A stretch of 64,000 nt of DNA from Nemertoderma westbladi (Eukaryota; Animalia; Xenacoelomorpha): positions 62,001 to 126,000 of the forward strand of contig JAUCBJ010007426.1 of the NCBI GenBank assembly GCA_032718475.1. Direction: 5' to 3'. Both the position numbers and the translations under genes were made by a program. This document shows positions 21,981-36,200 of this stretch, one piece after another (position 1 is the first letter of the stretch; each line of letters starts with the position of its first letter). Under the pieces are notes generated by a model. That model was not told the origin of the DNA and searched no databases. It worked only from the letters and a program-made list of their open reading frames with translations.

Positions 21981-22540
21981 GCTAACTCTACTAACTCCAC
22001 TAACTCTACTAACTCCACTAACTCTACTAATTCTACTAACTCTACTAATTCCAACGGTACTATGTACCCTCCTACTACCCTCGTGGTATGTCTCTATACC
22101 ACACTCCCTGTTCTTCTAAATCTAACGGTACTATGTACCCTCTTACTCCCGTGGTATGTCTCTATACCACACTCCCTGATCTCTAACTTCTAACTCTCAC
22201 GGTACTATGTACCCTCCTACTCCCGTGGTATGTCTCTATACCACACCCCCTGATCTCTAACTTCTAACTCTCATGGTACTATGTACCCTCCTACTCCCGT
22301 GGTATGTCTCTATACCACACTCCCTATACTTCTAACTCTAACGGTACTATGTACCCTCTTACTCCCGTGGTATGTCTCTATACCACACTCCCTATACTTC
22401 TAACTCTAACGGTACTCTTACTAACTTCTACTAACTTTCCAACTTCTTACTTCTTACTAACTTCTACTAACTTTCTAACTACTACTAACTTCTGCTAACT
22501 TCCTAACTATTACTAACTTCTGCTAACTTTCTAACTATTA
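21981..22540. repeat. Tandem repeats in the E4 3' UTR: 9-bp CTAACTCTA array, ~70-bp unit x5.5, degenerate CTAACTT array
   Basis: ACGGTACTATGTACCCTCCTACTCCCGTGGTATGTCTCTATACCACACTCCCT repeated across 22053-22417. Confidence 0.9.
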
Positions 22541-22799
22541 CTTAGTGCTACATACTATCTACTACTATCACTTTCTGACTTTCTGCTTTCTCACTTTATT
22601 TTATTATTTTTATTTTTTTTATATTTTGTGTGGGAAGGGCGTCTCGCCCTCAATCCCACCCCCCTCAGTCCAACGCTTGGACAACTAAACTCTATGGTGC
22701 CCCTTCTAATAGGCATCACTATCCTACAGCCCTCCTGTAGGTCTTTCTATCTTTCACTCCTATCTTACCCCCTATCCGCACTTCCACCAATCGGACTCT

Positions 22800-25700
22800 T
22801 CCGTCCTCGTTGGGGTAAGTGTCTACTACTCTCGCTAGCCTTCACTGATTGTTGATGATTGTGTCGTCAGTGACGATCACTAAGTCACCTTTCTTTAACT
22901 CTCTAGTGGTATTTCTCCATTTGCTCCTCCTGTGTAATGTGGGTAGGTATTCCTCGACCCACCTCCTCCAATACTCGGCGCTTATCGCCTTGGCGACTTT
23001 CCAACTCTGTCGGGAGTGTATGTCATCTGGGTCTACACCCCGCATGTCGATGGTCGCCAGCCTTTCCATCAGAAAGTGGCTCGGTGTTAGCACGTCTAGT
23101 GATTCCGGGTCGTCATTCTCCGGGTATAGCGGTCTGCTATTAATGATTCCCTCACACTTATCTAGCACCGTTCTTAGAATGTCCTCTGTCACCATGTGGG
23201 TGTTCATCAACTTCGTCATCAGACGCTTGGAACTACCCACAAGCCTCTCGACGCATCCTAAAGTATGCGGCGCTTACGGTGTCCTCCTTTCCCACTTCAC
23301 CTGTCATCTCCTCATGGCTGCCCTGATCTCTTCACCTTCTAGGATGTCCAAGGCCTCTGCCAACTCGTTCTCTGCTCCCACAAAGTTGGTTCCATTGTTG
23401 GAATAGATCACTGCGATCGTTCCACCTTTGCGGTCTCTAAATCTCTCTAAGGCATTGATGAATGCCGATGCCGTGGCGTCTTGCGCGAGTTCTATTCCTA
23501 CCGCCCTTGTGTTGTTACATATGAAGATGATGCCGTATCGTTTCTCCGTGTGTCGCATCACCTTGATCTTAATCGGCCCGAACATGTCTACGCCGCAGTG
23601 CGTGAATGGCGGGTCGTGCTGTTTCACCCTACTGGCCGGTAATGGCGCCATCTCCTGTATGGCCCTCTCCTTTCTCGTCCGTCGGCAGGTCTGGCACTGC
23701 CCCACTACCGCCTTCACCTTCTTCCTTAGCTGCACGATCCAAAAGGTCCTCCGTATCTCTGGTTGGTGCCTCCGTGCAATATCGACTTGTGGGAGTCCCA
23801 AATGATCTGGTGGACTATCGGCGATCTGTTGGGGATGATAATGGGTTTTGGTGGGATGATAAGGCTGTTGTTATTCAGCACTCTGGAATTCATCACCAGA
23901 ATCCCGTCATCGTTGAGTTGTGGTGACAGCGTGATGAGCTCGCTGTCCCGACGAAGATGTTGTTGCTTGCTAACTCGATCCACTTCGTCGCTGTAGTTCT
24001 TTCTCTGTTCATACCGTATCACGGCCTTAGCCGCTCCCTCCAGATCGATGTTTGGTTTCCTCTTGGCGTCTTTGCCAACTCCCTTGAGGAAATCCCCGTA
24101 GGCCCTCCAGTACGCCACCAACTTCTTGGTCTTGTACCAGCTGGAGCTGGAGCTGTAGCTGAGTAACCTATCCGTCGGGTTGTCGCATGGCTCTTCTAAT
24201 TTCGGTTGCACCTCCTTGACTTCCCTCACCATCTGACTATATATCTCTTCTCCTTCTGAATCTTCTCCCTCATCTCCTGGTGCTACTTCCTCTGAGCCCG
24301 GGTCCACCTTCTTCATTGGTGGCCAGGCCAATCTATCGTTCACGAAGTGTGGCCCGTGCTGCCACAACACTTCCTTCTTTGAGAAAGTGTGGCGTGCCAC
24401 GCCCCTCGATAACAAGTCTGCTGGGTTCTCGTCTGTTGGGCAGTAGTGCCACCTTTCCAAGTCTGTCGTTGCCCTTATTTCGTCCACGCTATTTGCGACG
24501 AATATAGGGTATCTCGCCTTCTCGTTGTGCAGCCACCCGAGTACTACTATGGAGTCCATCCAATAGTGTGTCTCCACTATGTTGGGTATTGCGTCCATTA
24601 AGTAGGCTGTGGCCCTTATTCCTAATCTCGCAGCTGTCAACTCGAGTTTCGGGACTGACGCTGAATCTGGTGGCATCGACTTTGCTTTACTGAATGCAAG
24701 TCTGGGCTTATGAGCCCCCTTTGCTGTACCAGGTAGAGTGCCGCTCCGTATGCTTCCAATGATGCATCGGAGAACATGTGTAGGTCCAGATCCGTCATGT
24801 CCCCGTCCGGGAAATACACGCGTGGCATGCTGTACATCCCCATCTATTCTAAACTCCCCGTCCACCTACTCCATTGCTTGCTTATCTCTTCCGGGACCTC
24901 CGTATCCCAGTCGTCCTTTAGCTTATATACTTTCTTAAGTATCTGCTTCCCTGTGACTAACAATGGGGAGGCTAGGCCTAAGGGATCGTATATCCTTGCT
25001 ATGTACGACACATAGCCCCGTTTTGTGTGGATCTCCGCGCCCTCCTGGCTCAGTTGGTACTTGAACTCATCTGTCTCCCGGTTCCACACGATCCCCAGCA
25101 CCTTCTGCTGAGACTCTACTCTCTTGTCCGCCATGTCCTGTCCCTTGGCTGTTGTGGGGTTGTCCATGGTCGACTCTGGCCGCCTGTCCTCTATGGCTTT
25201 CATAAACTCCTCTGAGCTGGACTGGAACTTGGTCAGGTTAAATCCGGATCCTTTCAGGATGTCGTGAACCTCGTGCCCTGTCTCCAGTAATTCTTTAACC
25301 GTGTTTCCAGATTCCATCCTGTCGTCTACATAGAAGCTGCGTCGAATCATATCGATCACTTTGGCGCTATACTTCCCCTCTTTCCCCTCTACCGTATCTC
25401 TTACAGCCACAGTCGTCGTGAATGAGGACGACTTGGCCCCCATGTTCTGCACCACCATTTTGTACATCGGTATTGTCGACGGTTCCTCGTTGCCATTGTA
25501 CCATAGGAAGCGCTGGCTGTCACTGTCCTCCTCCGTCACACGGACTTGGTTGAACATGCCTTTGATGTCGCAGGTGAAGGCGTGTCTCCCTTTTCTAAAT
25601 CTCAACAAGACCTCAATCCCCAAGTTATAGATATTGGGGCCCTCCAGCAGATAGTCGGTTAGGCTCTTGCCATTGGTTTTAGCCGATGCGTCAACCACCA

Positions 25701-25861
25701 TCCGCAGTTTACCCTTCTTTGGGTCTAAAGCCACATGAAGTGGCAGGTAGTAGGTCCTGTCCGTGTTCGGTTTGTCGACCGGCAACTCCACGGGGCCCAT
25801 CCTTTCTCGACGTACTTCTTTATCGTCCTATGGATGTACTCAACCTTCTCGGGGCTCCGTT
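22800..25861 (-). pseudogene. pol: E4 pol (RT, RNase H, integrase), frameshifted
   Basis: FTCDIKGMFNQV, FYVDD, LHMFSDAS, VPKLELTAA, CQTC, GVDMFGP and SNNGTNF spread over several frames. Confidence 0.93.
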
Positions 25862-27018
25862 TGTTCGCGCTTTCAGACCTTTGGCAGTTTAACCCGCCAA
25901 ATTATGATGTCTTCTAGATAATAAATCACTTTTAGCCTATGACAAGTATTTAATTCACTACACTAGTCGAAACCAATCTGTGCGCGATCATTCACCCGCT
26001 GTATATACCCGGGAGATTGGGTTCGACGGCTTAATCTTATTGCTATGTAAGCCTAATGTATTATTCGACTGACAGTATTATATAATCTCTGACAATATTA
26101 TTCACCTTCGGGGAATATTAACAGTTCCTTTAGGACGTGGCGCTCTATCTATACAAACAGAGTTATGACTTAAACTACTCACAACGATATGGCTTAGTTA
26201 TAATTCACATATATGGCGCATTCTTTAGGAAATGCTTCGTTATCAGGCTCACTCATACACAATGCTGCACAATACTGCACACTGATCTGCCGATCTTCAC
26301 TGATTTTAGTTATATATAAAAGGAACACGGACCGACTCATGTAGGGTCTATCAAATAACATTAGATTCACTTCAAACCACTTTAACATAAGTCACAATCG
26401 TTATATGTAACCTTTCTCTCTTACCTTCGGTATATCAAGAATATTGGGTTTCGGGGTTATTTATCGTTATTCCAAATATAATAATTCATCAACCATATTA
26501 TGAAGAACTGACAGTAAATAGCAGTATAACAATATAAAAGTATGCACAGTGATTCAGTGTGGATTGTTTGGTTTGTTTTGCAATGGTTTGATAACGGATA
26601 TATGCCCTTTATAATTAAGCCTACTAGTGTTAGACTAAAACAGAAAAGCACAAAATATTTACAAGCCGTTCTCTCCTGGCTCAGGACAGAAAGACCAACA
26701 ACACTGAAAACTGATAAGAATAACCTTATTTACAAAGGCTTCCACCCAACACAGAGAAAGAGCATACAGATAGGAAAATTCAGTTCAGTAGATCTGTGAT
26801 AGGTCGAAATCAAAATCAACTCAAATCCTATTGGGAGATACTTTCCCAAGCTGGTTGGACAATCAAACGTAGCCCAGATCCCTTCGCACAGCAAATCAGC
26901 CAATCAGCCGGTAGCTTGCACTATTCGAGTTATAGATCCCCTTTTAGAGTATTCTAGCGCTTGGGGGGGAACTGTTTAGCAAGGCAAACAAATCAGTTAT
27001 CCCACAAAAGCTTTTACA
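25862..27018 (-). repeat. E2 3' LTR
   Basis: Direct repeat of 40610-41766. Confidence 0.97.
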
Positions 27019-27793
27019 CCGCTCCCAGAAAATGGGATTTAAGTCTATAAAATATACAAAATCACAATTTCTAATATACATAAATACTCTAAACAGTTAG
27101 TCTTTCTTACGCAGACGGCGTTTACGCAGTTTTTTGAGGCTAGCAAGAGTCCTTTTCTCTTTGGGGGGAGCCACTTTACTAGGAGGGCTATAAATCCTGG
27201 GTGAAGGGTGCAATATGATTGCATCAGAAGGTGTAGGATTATGGTCGGGGTATCCGCCGTTTCGATATGCTTCTCCTCGAGCTGATTTTCCTCCGCTCGT
27301 AGCTGGATACGTTCATCCAAAAACTCTCGCAGAGAATGGGGTTGTCTAAGTGCGATATCTTCTTAGAGATTCTGGATTTCACAATCGAACTGAGATAAAG
27401 ACAATTCGTTTATCGCTTGGACTTGCTGTTACAACTTACGTTTATCTGAACAAACGTAGGTTTCCTTTCTGATCTTTGTAGAATAGCGTTTAACTCGTTT
27501 AGTACAACGTTCTCCGCCACTCTGGTGACAGGTTATATCGTGTCAAGCCGGGATGATGGTAAGGGTTAAACGGCGATATTAAATGTCCGCGTCCCAATCC
27601 GGCTAGGTAGGATGGGCTAATATCTAAGAAACCCACAACTGGGGTGCCACCGACTAATCGTTCAGGTAACACTAGATCTTTGAGCAGTGAGTACAGCTAG
27701 GGAGGATCCGTCATACTAATAGGATCAAGAGTCTGAGGCCTCACTAGGGAATGAGGAGCTCTGATCGAGTATTCCGAAACTCTGATCATTGGT

Positions 27794-28624
27794 TTATTTA
27801 AGGATCGTCTGAGTCGAACGAGCGTAGGTGATACATTGAACAAACAAGTTTCGCTCGAAACTCCCGTAAGTATAGCGAGTAAAACCGTGTTTAAAGCAAC
27901 GTCTCCGCGGATGTTTATGTCTTTCCGTTTGTTGGTTGGGTCTTGGGCATTCATCGCAATAATACCCAAAAACGTACGTCTTGTAGGGGAAACGCGAGTG
28001 ATCTTTCTCCAGCTTACAATATTCCTCCATCCGTTCGAAGCTATTCGGTACAACAGGTAGCGGTCGATCGGCGGTAAGATACATCATAGGGGAATCGAGC
28101 CGTTTGAGTTCTACCATGCAGTCATGATGTATACCTTGAGGATATCGAGTTTCTAGATTTTGTTGACTGGCAATATTGAGATATGTTTCTATCAGGAATT
28201 CCAGATAATCGTTGAAGTCGCTGCGTTTATCCGGCTCCTCAACGTCTTCTCTTTCGATTCGGTTTCGCATAGAATTCTCATGTTCGATTCTCGGTTTATT
28301 GTTCCGCCTCCGCTGGGTATGATATTTAAATAGAACCATTTCCCTTTTGGTGTCTATATCGTTCATATCGTGTAAATCGATAGGATGACCAGTAGTTAAG
28401 AAGGCCATATACGTACCATTACGCTGCGTATATCGAGCAGCGAATTTTCTATAGTCCAACTCGCGCGCGAGCTGCTCTTGGGACATTGGCGGTTCGATAT
28501 AACGACCATCGTCCTCCGCAGCAGTTAGACTAACGTCGCCGCGTATTAAGCTATCAACAAACGCTTGTAAAAGTAGAGTATATCGCTCCCCGATACCAAG
28601 AACATCTTCTATCAACTCCGTCAT
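27794..28624 (-). CDS. E2 accessory ORF (MTELIEDV..., 276 aa), with degenerate continuation to ~27100
   Basis: Homologous N-terminus to the E1 and E3 accessory ORFs. Contains YCDEC...H...C. The downstream remnant rejoins the E1 ORF tail near 27260. Confidence 0.78.
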   Translation of the reverse strand: MTELIEDVLGIGERYTLLLQAFVDSLIRGDVSLTAAEDDGRYIEPPMSQEQLARELDYRKFAARYTQRNGTYMAFLTTGHPIDLHDMNDIDTKREMVLFKYHTQRRRNNKPRIEHENSMRNRIEREDVEEPDKRSDFNDYLEFLIETYLNIASQQNLETRYPQGIHHDCMVELKRLDSPMMYLTADRPLPVVPNSFERMEEYCKLEKDHSRFPYKTYVFGYYCDECPRPNQQTERHKHPRRRCFKHGFTRYTYGSFERNLFVQCITYARSTQTILK

Positions 28625-30271
28625 ATCTGCTATATATGAGTTTGTCCATATTATAATGAGTTTATATTTAGGCGAGCGGGCGTCGCTGCCTACCCTTCTT
28701 TGCCCCCCGGACAGTGCGAGATCCTCAGCGCCGATGTGTCGCCGCCGATGTACTTTCGCCAACGACGTAGCCGCACAACGACAACGACAACCGGCACAAG
28801 TCACTCGACTGTCCGTCCCAAAGGCTTAGATGTACTTCAGGTTTTCCTTGGAGAGTTAGGTTACTTTCACGATTGCGACTAGCTACTGTAAACACACTTT
28901 AGCAGTAACATTCACCTATAAACTCACAAATACCACACAACTGGTCACAACTACGCACATTCGGGTCATTTGTCCGTTAGTCAATGCCTTCCAGAATGTC
29001 ACTGTATTATTATGTATCCTTGGATACTAGTAGTGCGCTATTTATTCCCTATGCTATTCAATGGGACAAGCTTTCTATTGTTCTTTTAACTCAATTCTAA
29101 TTCTAGCGTGGTTGTTGCTATGGTGACATTATGCAAAGCTAGCGGTAGAATTAGGGTAATTCCAATGCATACAGATCTGGGATGTTATTTAATAGTATTC
29201 TTTAATAGTCAATGTTCTGTTTTATACATGACTTTATGAATTTTATCGGCTATTGACTATGTTTGGGAGACTTTCGCACACTCATATGCATAATAAGATA
29301 AATCTCCGCTCCCTTGACCTATTAATTAATGGAATTTTGGGAATGTTATAAATTGCGCAAAAAATGGCAATTTATTAAATTCATTAAAAGGCATGAATTT
29401 AAATTATTCCCTGAAATTTTATTATTTACTAATTAGATGGACATATTTTGATTCTAGAATATGTCTGGGGACACAAGATCCTTAATTCTATGACAATTGT
29501 CTTTTTAAGAATATCGGTAAATGCTACGATATCTTAATTGACTAGAATTGTTGAAGGATCTGAATTTTACAGATTTTGATTTATTAGATTTGCAAATATT
29601 AAATAATTAATATTTGAGATGGGCACCGATTTATTCCAGAACTTGTCCGGGGACGTTAACCACTGATTCTAGAATTTGTCTTTCAAGTATATCGGTGGGT
29701 GCCGCGATATCTTAATCGACTAGAATTACAGATGGTCAAAGGGTTTAACAGATTTATTTTGCGTTATACGCTACTGTTAAAGGGACATCACGCTACTATA
29801 TGTATTATTTAATATACGGTATGAGAGCAATATCGCACGAAGCAATGTCAGTGTGAAGAGGCAAGTCGTTTCCAAGGTCTACCCAGAGCTTGGTTTAGCC
29901 GAGACACGAGGATCTGAACTTTGCATTCCTAATACTCTGCCTACCAATAATACTTAAATATAGTAGTGGCTTTATTGTACTTTAATAAGTACGGACATTT
30001 CATCTTACTGTAGTTACGTACTTATAATATAATACGGACAGTAAGGAAAGAGAAAAAGAATTATTTCTCGCCGTCGCACTAAATATAATATAAGTAATTA
30101 CGTACGCAATGAACACGAACATATTGCACTATTCTACTAAATAATCACTAAATAATATTCTACTAAATTAAATAAAACGATTATAATAAAATTACATAAT
30201 AATACATACATAAATATAAAAATAATAAAATAATATAAAATAATAGAGTCACACGCCCACTCCGAACGATA

Positions 30272-33200
30272 TTAAGTTGGGGAGTCCCTAGATGTCGGTT
30301 GGATTAGGGAAGTGGTCGTGGGAAGAGTTTCTTGCCTTCCATAGTTTCCGGAGAGCTCTCTGTCTCTTTCCAGTAAACATAAACGACCCACTGGGCGATT
30401 GAGCTGTTGAGTCTCAAAGACTATCCCTGGTTTCTTAAAGTTACGTCGCATGACGACGAGTTCTACTGATCGCACCAAACCGTCGCTCGAGATATAAGTC
30501 TCGATGATACGTCCTGTTTGCCATCGCTTACGTGGGAGATCGGGGTCCACAATAAGCACCATGTCTCCAGCGCTGAAGTTTTCTTGCTGCGCAAACCACT
30601 TAGTTCGAAGTTGTAGAGTGGGCAGGTAATGTTTCTCGAAATGGTCAGCGAAACGACGGGATAGCAACTGCATAAGTTGCCAGGTTCGACGGCAGTACTC
30701 GTCTCCGTCTGTGATCTCCGATCGTGGGAGCATGGCTACGGGTTTCTTCAGTAGAAAGTGCGCGGGTGTTAGCGCTTCCAGGGAATCAGGATTTGAAGAG
30801 ACTGGCATAAGCGGTCTTTCGTTGAGATAGGCGGCGATTTCCTCCATTAACGTCCGCAATAGTTCGTCGGTGAGATAAGCGCGACAAGGCACAATAAAGT
30901 GGAACGCAGTTTTCACGCTTCTAATCAATCTCTCCCAACTTCCTCCCCACCAAGGGGCGTCGGCGGCGTTGAAGGTCCAGCTAGACGCTGTTATCTTTAG
31001 CTGATCGTCCACCTGTCTTTTGTTCCAGTCCTTTACGTAAGCTTGAATTTCGTTGTTGGCGCCAATGAAGTTCGTTCCCTTATCCGATCTCATCGTGTTA
31101 CTGGTTCCGAAACGAGCGATCTGTCGTCGTAAACTCAACACGAAGCTGTTGGTGGATAGATCGTTTACCATATCGAGATGGATAGCTCTACAAGTCATAC
31201 AAACGAAGATGACACACCATCTCTTGACTATAGTCCGGGCACGATATACTTCAATAGGGCCAAATAAATCCACACCGGTATTAGTAAAGGGTGGTTCATA
31301 GAAGCTTACTCTTTCCCTAGGTAATTCTGCCTCTCGCTGTGTTAAAGGCCTACTGAATGCTTTCCTACAGGGTATGCAGTTCCTAAGAACTTGGTTCAGA
31401 GCCTTACGGGGTTTATAAAAATAGTAGCGAGTTCGAATTTCGCTCAGAACTCGTTCTCTACCAGCATGGTACAGTTTGCTATGAACATCTACAATCATCT
31501 TGATTTGTATGTCAAGATTTCTAATGAGGATGGGAAACTTAGTGTCAAAGGATAATGGGGCGTTGGTCAGCCTACCTCCAACACGTATTAACCCATCTAT
31601 CATGGTACTAGAGAAGCGATCCCTTAAGCGCATCTGTGGATTTCTTAACAACAGGAAATACTTATCGGAATCCTCATAGCATTGTAGGAGTCTCAGCATC
31701 TGTTTGTTGATTTCATCATGCTCCTGGTAACTGATCTTCTCCTTTAGAAACCTGTCGGATATCTTGTATTTGGGGAGATCTTTAACAACATGGACTCGTG
31801 CAGATGTTGATGGAGCATCATCACTATTGGTCTTGGTCCCGGAGTAACGATGATGAAAACATCGTTTTAAATAGGTGACGGCTTTACAGAGCCGATTCCA
31901 GGAGCTGTAGTGACGAATCGCTCTCTGCAAGAGGGGTGAGAGTCCTTGCGCGATATCTGGTATTCCAGATTTCCAATCCTTGTCACGGATTTCCAAGACT
32001 TCTCTAGTCGTGGCGGTGGGTTTCTGATCCAAAGCATCCTCTCCGGAAGTAAATAATACAGATAGATCAACCGCAGGTTTAAACAACTTCGATTTACTCG
32101 CTCGAGTTTTGGGTTTAACTTTCTCCGCTCCCTTGGCCTGTCTGATCTCTGCTGTTGTGAGATGGGGAGGCCATTCTTCTTCTTCTCGGTAGAGAAAGTC
32201 GGGTCCACCTAACCATTCAGGAGTATTTACCAATTCCTTTGGAGTCGCTCCTCGGGAAGCGATGTCTGCTGGATTAATCGTTCCGGGGCAATGTCTCCAT
32301 TGGTCCATCGTCGTGCGACTAAGTATGATGGCTACTCTGTTGGTAACGAAGACGCTGAACTGACAGACTTCATTGGTTATATACTCTAACACGAGTAAAG
32401 CGTCGGTCCAATAGACAGTTTTCTCTAATGGATAGTCAATCTGTTCTGTTACATTCCGGCCGATGGCTGTAGCGTATAGAGCCGCCTTTAACTCCGCTCG
32501 AGGAACTTTCAACTTGTTGTTGATTAATGCCTTAGAAGTAACCAAGGCGACTTTGATTCCATCCGGAGTTTCCACCCTTAGATAGGCTACTATACCTATT
32601 CCCATATCGCTGGCGTCTCCAAACACATGGAGTTGATAGGAATACGTAGGGAGAACATGACCAAAATATGAACGGGAAATTATAAAATCCTCGATAGCTG
32701 GCAGAGAATCTTCCCATTTCATCCACTTCTTCAATAATTCTCCCTTAAGTGGATCGTCCCATGAGTGGTTTTCAAGCCACATTTGTTGTACCAAACTACG
32801 AGCAATCAATATAACTGGGCTAATAAATCCCAATGGATCGAAATAAGTGCTCAGTATACTTAAGCAAATCCGTTTGGTTCGAACTGGATTATCTCGCTGT
32901 TTTAGCTGGAAAAACAGGATATCTCGCTCTGTGTCCCATTTCAAGCCGAGTGTGTTGGTTTCTGGCAGATCATCTTTGATCAAATCGAGATCTTTCGCTC
33001 CTCGATCTTCCGCAGGGATCGACTCCAGAAACTCACGGGAGTTGCTGGTGAATTTCGTTAATCGAAACCCACCTCTTTTTAAGCACTCTACCGTTCCTTT
33101 AGCTACCTCAATGGCTTCCTCAACTGATGGAAGGGACTTCAGATTGTCGTCCATGTATATGTCTCTCTTGATGTTGTCGATCACTTCCTTAGAGAAGGCC

Positions 33201-36200
33201 TCTCGGTTGTCCTCTGCAGTGGTACGCACTACCGAACAGGCGTTGGAAGGGCTTGAGATTATCCCAAAGGCCTGGATGGTCATCCAGTACTCCACCGGTT
33301 TCTGGTTGAGGTCTCCTTCGGGCCACCACAGAAATCGTAGACTATCTCGATCCCTATCTAACACCTTGACTTGTAAGAACATGCCTTCTATATCGGAGGC
33401 GAAAGCAATCGAATATTGTCTCAATCTTAAAAGAATTCCCAACAAAGATTGAAGTAAGTTGGGTCCGGGTAACAATTCAGAGTTAAGGGATTGACCCATG
33501 TAAAGAGCGGAGCCATCAAACACTACTCTCACTTCATGTGGCTTACCGGGTTTAGGAATGTAATGGTGAGTTAAGTAATATGTTCTTTCAGTCACAGGTG
33601 TTTCTTCCGGTACTCTCTCCGCGTATCCCTTACTAATAAATTTCTCCAGCTGTGTTTGATACATTGCTTTAGCTGAAGAATTAGCCGTAAGGCGTCGATG
33701 GAGTTGCGCGATTCTTTTTTCCGCCAAGGGTCTGTTATTGATGAACTTCGGTTCTTTCTTGCGGAAAGGTAGACCGACTTCATACCTACCTTGATCTTTG
33801 AGGAAACGTGTAGTTGTCTCTTGGATCTGCTTGGCCCTTTCCTCTTCCACCGACAAGGCTTTATCGTAGGAATTGGGCTCTACCGCCTCTTGCGTAAAGA
33901 ATCGTACGGCATGTTCATCTCGAGTCTTGGCATTACAACGCTCAATGACGTCATTTAACTCGTCGTTATAAGCTTCTCGTTCGGTTGGATAAAGAAGTTG
34001 ACATAAGTTCACTTGGTTTTGCCAAGCCTCGTTTTCCTTAAGGAGGTCGATGGTATTCTCCTCATCAAAAAGCTGGTGAATGTCGTCGTTATCTGAGGAG
34101 TATGGGGTTCCCTTAGTTAAATTGTCTCCCTCACTAGTATCATCTTCCCATTCACTCACCTGGTAGACGCGCTCTTGCGGTAGTCTTTCTCTGAGTGTTC
34201 TACGGGAAGGGCCAGTAAAGTACCAACCTACTCTAGTTCTTACCGCATAGGTCTGTAGTGGCTGCGGTTGAGCAGGCCGTTTCTCTAATGTTTCCAGCGC
34301 CTCATGCGCGTTTTGGCCGATGAGTATTTGCACTCCAGGATAATCAGTCTGGAATCGAGGTATGTTAAGATGTTGGATGCTCTCATCCTCGTCCCAATTA
34401 TAAAGGTCTGCTTGAGTAGTAGCGAAGTTCTTTATAGCCACCATTTTCACTGACCTTATGCTATGTTCTCCTAGTTCGTCCTGGGGGGTGGACAACGCTC
34501 CTACATAATAATCCGCTGTTATTGTAGATTTCCAAACTTGCATAATGCCGGACATGTTGAGCTTAGTTTGGAACTTGGGTTGTCCAGCAAATATATCTTC
34601 GGCTAGCTCTTTGTCGATGAATGTTCCTGTACTACCGGAGTCAAGGAGGGCGTTCACTACATAACTCCTCTTAGGTCCGTGAACCCTTACTTGCACCACA
34701 GGAAACTCTCGGATCCCTACATTGGAAGATGGCTCTTTCCAAGACGGTTGTCGTTCAGAAGTGGTTAGAGTGAAGTCGCTGTCTGTATCCTTTTCATATG
34801 TGAGTGCTCGATACACTGCGGTATTTATCATGTAACAGGATTCGTTTTCGTCGGAGAACTCGTCTGTATAGAATCCTTCCATCTCAGATTGATCAGTGTC
34901 GTTCACATCACTGAATTGGACATGTAGCTCGGAATCACTTACCTGATTCGGACTATTTCGCTCGAATTCAGCGTGCAACAAGATATGATGTTTCGCACCA
35001 CACTTTGCACACCTTATGTCAGAGAAACAGGTACGCCGTTGGTGTCCTTGTCTGAGGCAATTATAACATAACCGCTTATCCCACATGACTTCGCGTCTCT
35101 CCGTTAATGACTTCTTCAGGAATTCATCACACATATTCAAATGGTGGGTCCCATCACACAGCGCACATTTCGGTTTGATGTTACTTACCTTATTTTGAGT
35201 CACATTGTGTACACTTGCCTTTTCTTCGGGCTTTCTCACCGGAATTCTCTTGGGAGACGTGGGAGGAGTTTTTCTTACCTGTTCTCTCCTGTCATTTGCT
35301 CGAGACTTGAATTTACTTACCTGATCTTTAGGCATTTTATTGACATAATAAGATCTCTCAGTGTCTTTCCCGCTATCTTCTCCTTGAGAAGTCTGGCTTT
35401 CGCCGTCGTCTGTATAACACACTGGTGTTACCTTTCTCCTAGAGACGGGTTTTTCACTTACCTTGTTTTCCGGTGTCTTCTCTCTGGACAGTTTCAGGAG
35501 CTGTAATTTCACTTCTCCATCTAGGAATGACATGAGATCAGCCATGGTAGGGTCTCGTCGTTGTTGTTCCATCATATATAACACTTTCTTATCCCAGCGT
35601 GTACCTACTCCACCCTTCGGTAAAGTAGAAGCCACTGCTCTAATAACCATAGCATTCTGATACTCCTGAGACTTACCTAGCCAATCTAATTGTCTACAGA
35701 TCTCCTGAATCTCATCGGAAAACTCGATAATTCCGCTGCTAATAAACTTTCGGGGCGCTACTAACTTTGCATACAAATACCCAGCGATGTTATTCCTATT
35801 ACCATACCTGATGTTTAGTGTATCCCAAACTTGTCTTAATCCGTCTGGATGTCCAATAAACTTCAACGCCATTAACTTGGGAGATCCTTCCAAGCACTCG
35901 ATGAGGTATCTAAGTTTTTCTCCATTAGATAGTACAGAGTTCTGTATGTTATCTTTGTAATATTCATTAAAAGGTAACCATTTCATCTCATCTCCATTGA
36001 ACTTGACGATCTCTCCCACCTTTACCGCTTGCCGGGCTTCGGTTCTAGCCATTTGACGCGTAAAACTTTCTTGGGCCATCGTGTTATTTAATATCGAGTT
36101 ATCGGTATATAAATTTCTCGGATTATGATCAGTTCTATAGGGAATGTCATTATCAACAGGTCTATAATTACCCTTAATAGGGTTCACTATAGGAGTTTCT

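Noticed and set aside
22053-22417. CRISPR-like array
   Set aside because: The linkers are related low-complexity sequence rather than unique spacers, there are no cas genes, and the context is a eukaryotic retroelement.
26137-26799. Short ORFs duplicated at 40885-41547 (and 20648-20884 / 46309-46593)
   Set aside because: They are duplicated only because they lie in LTRs, and they are not conserved between subfamilies.
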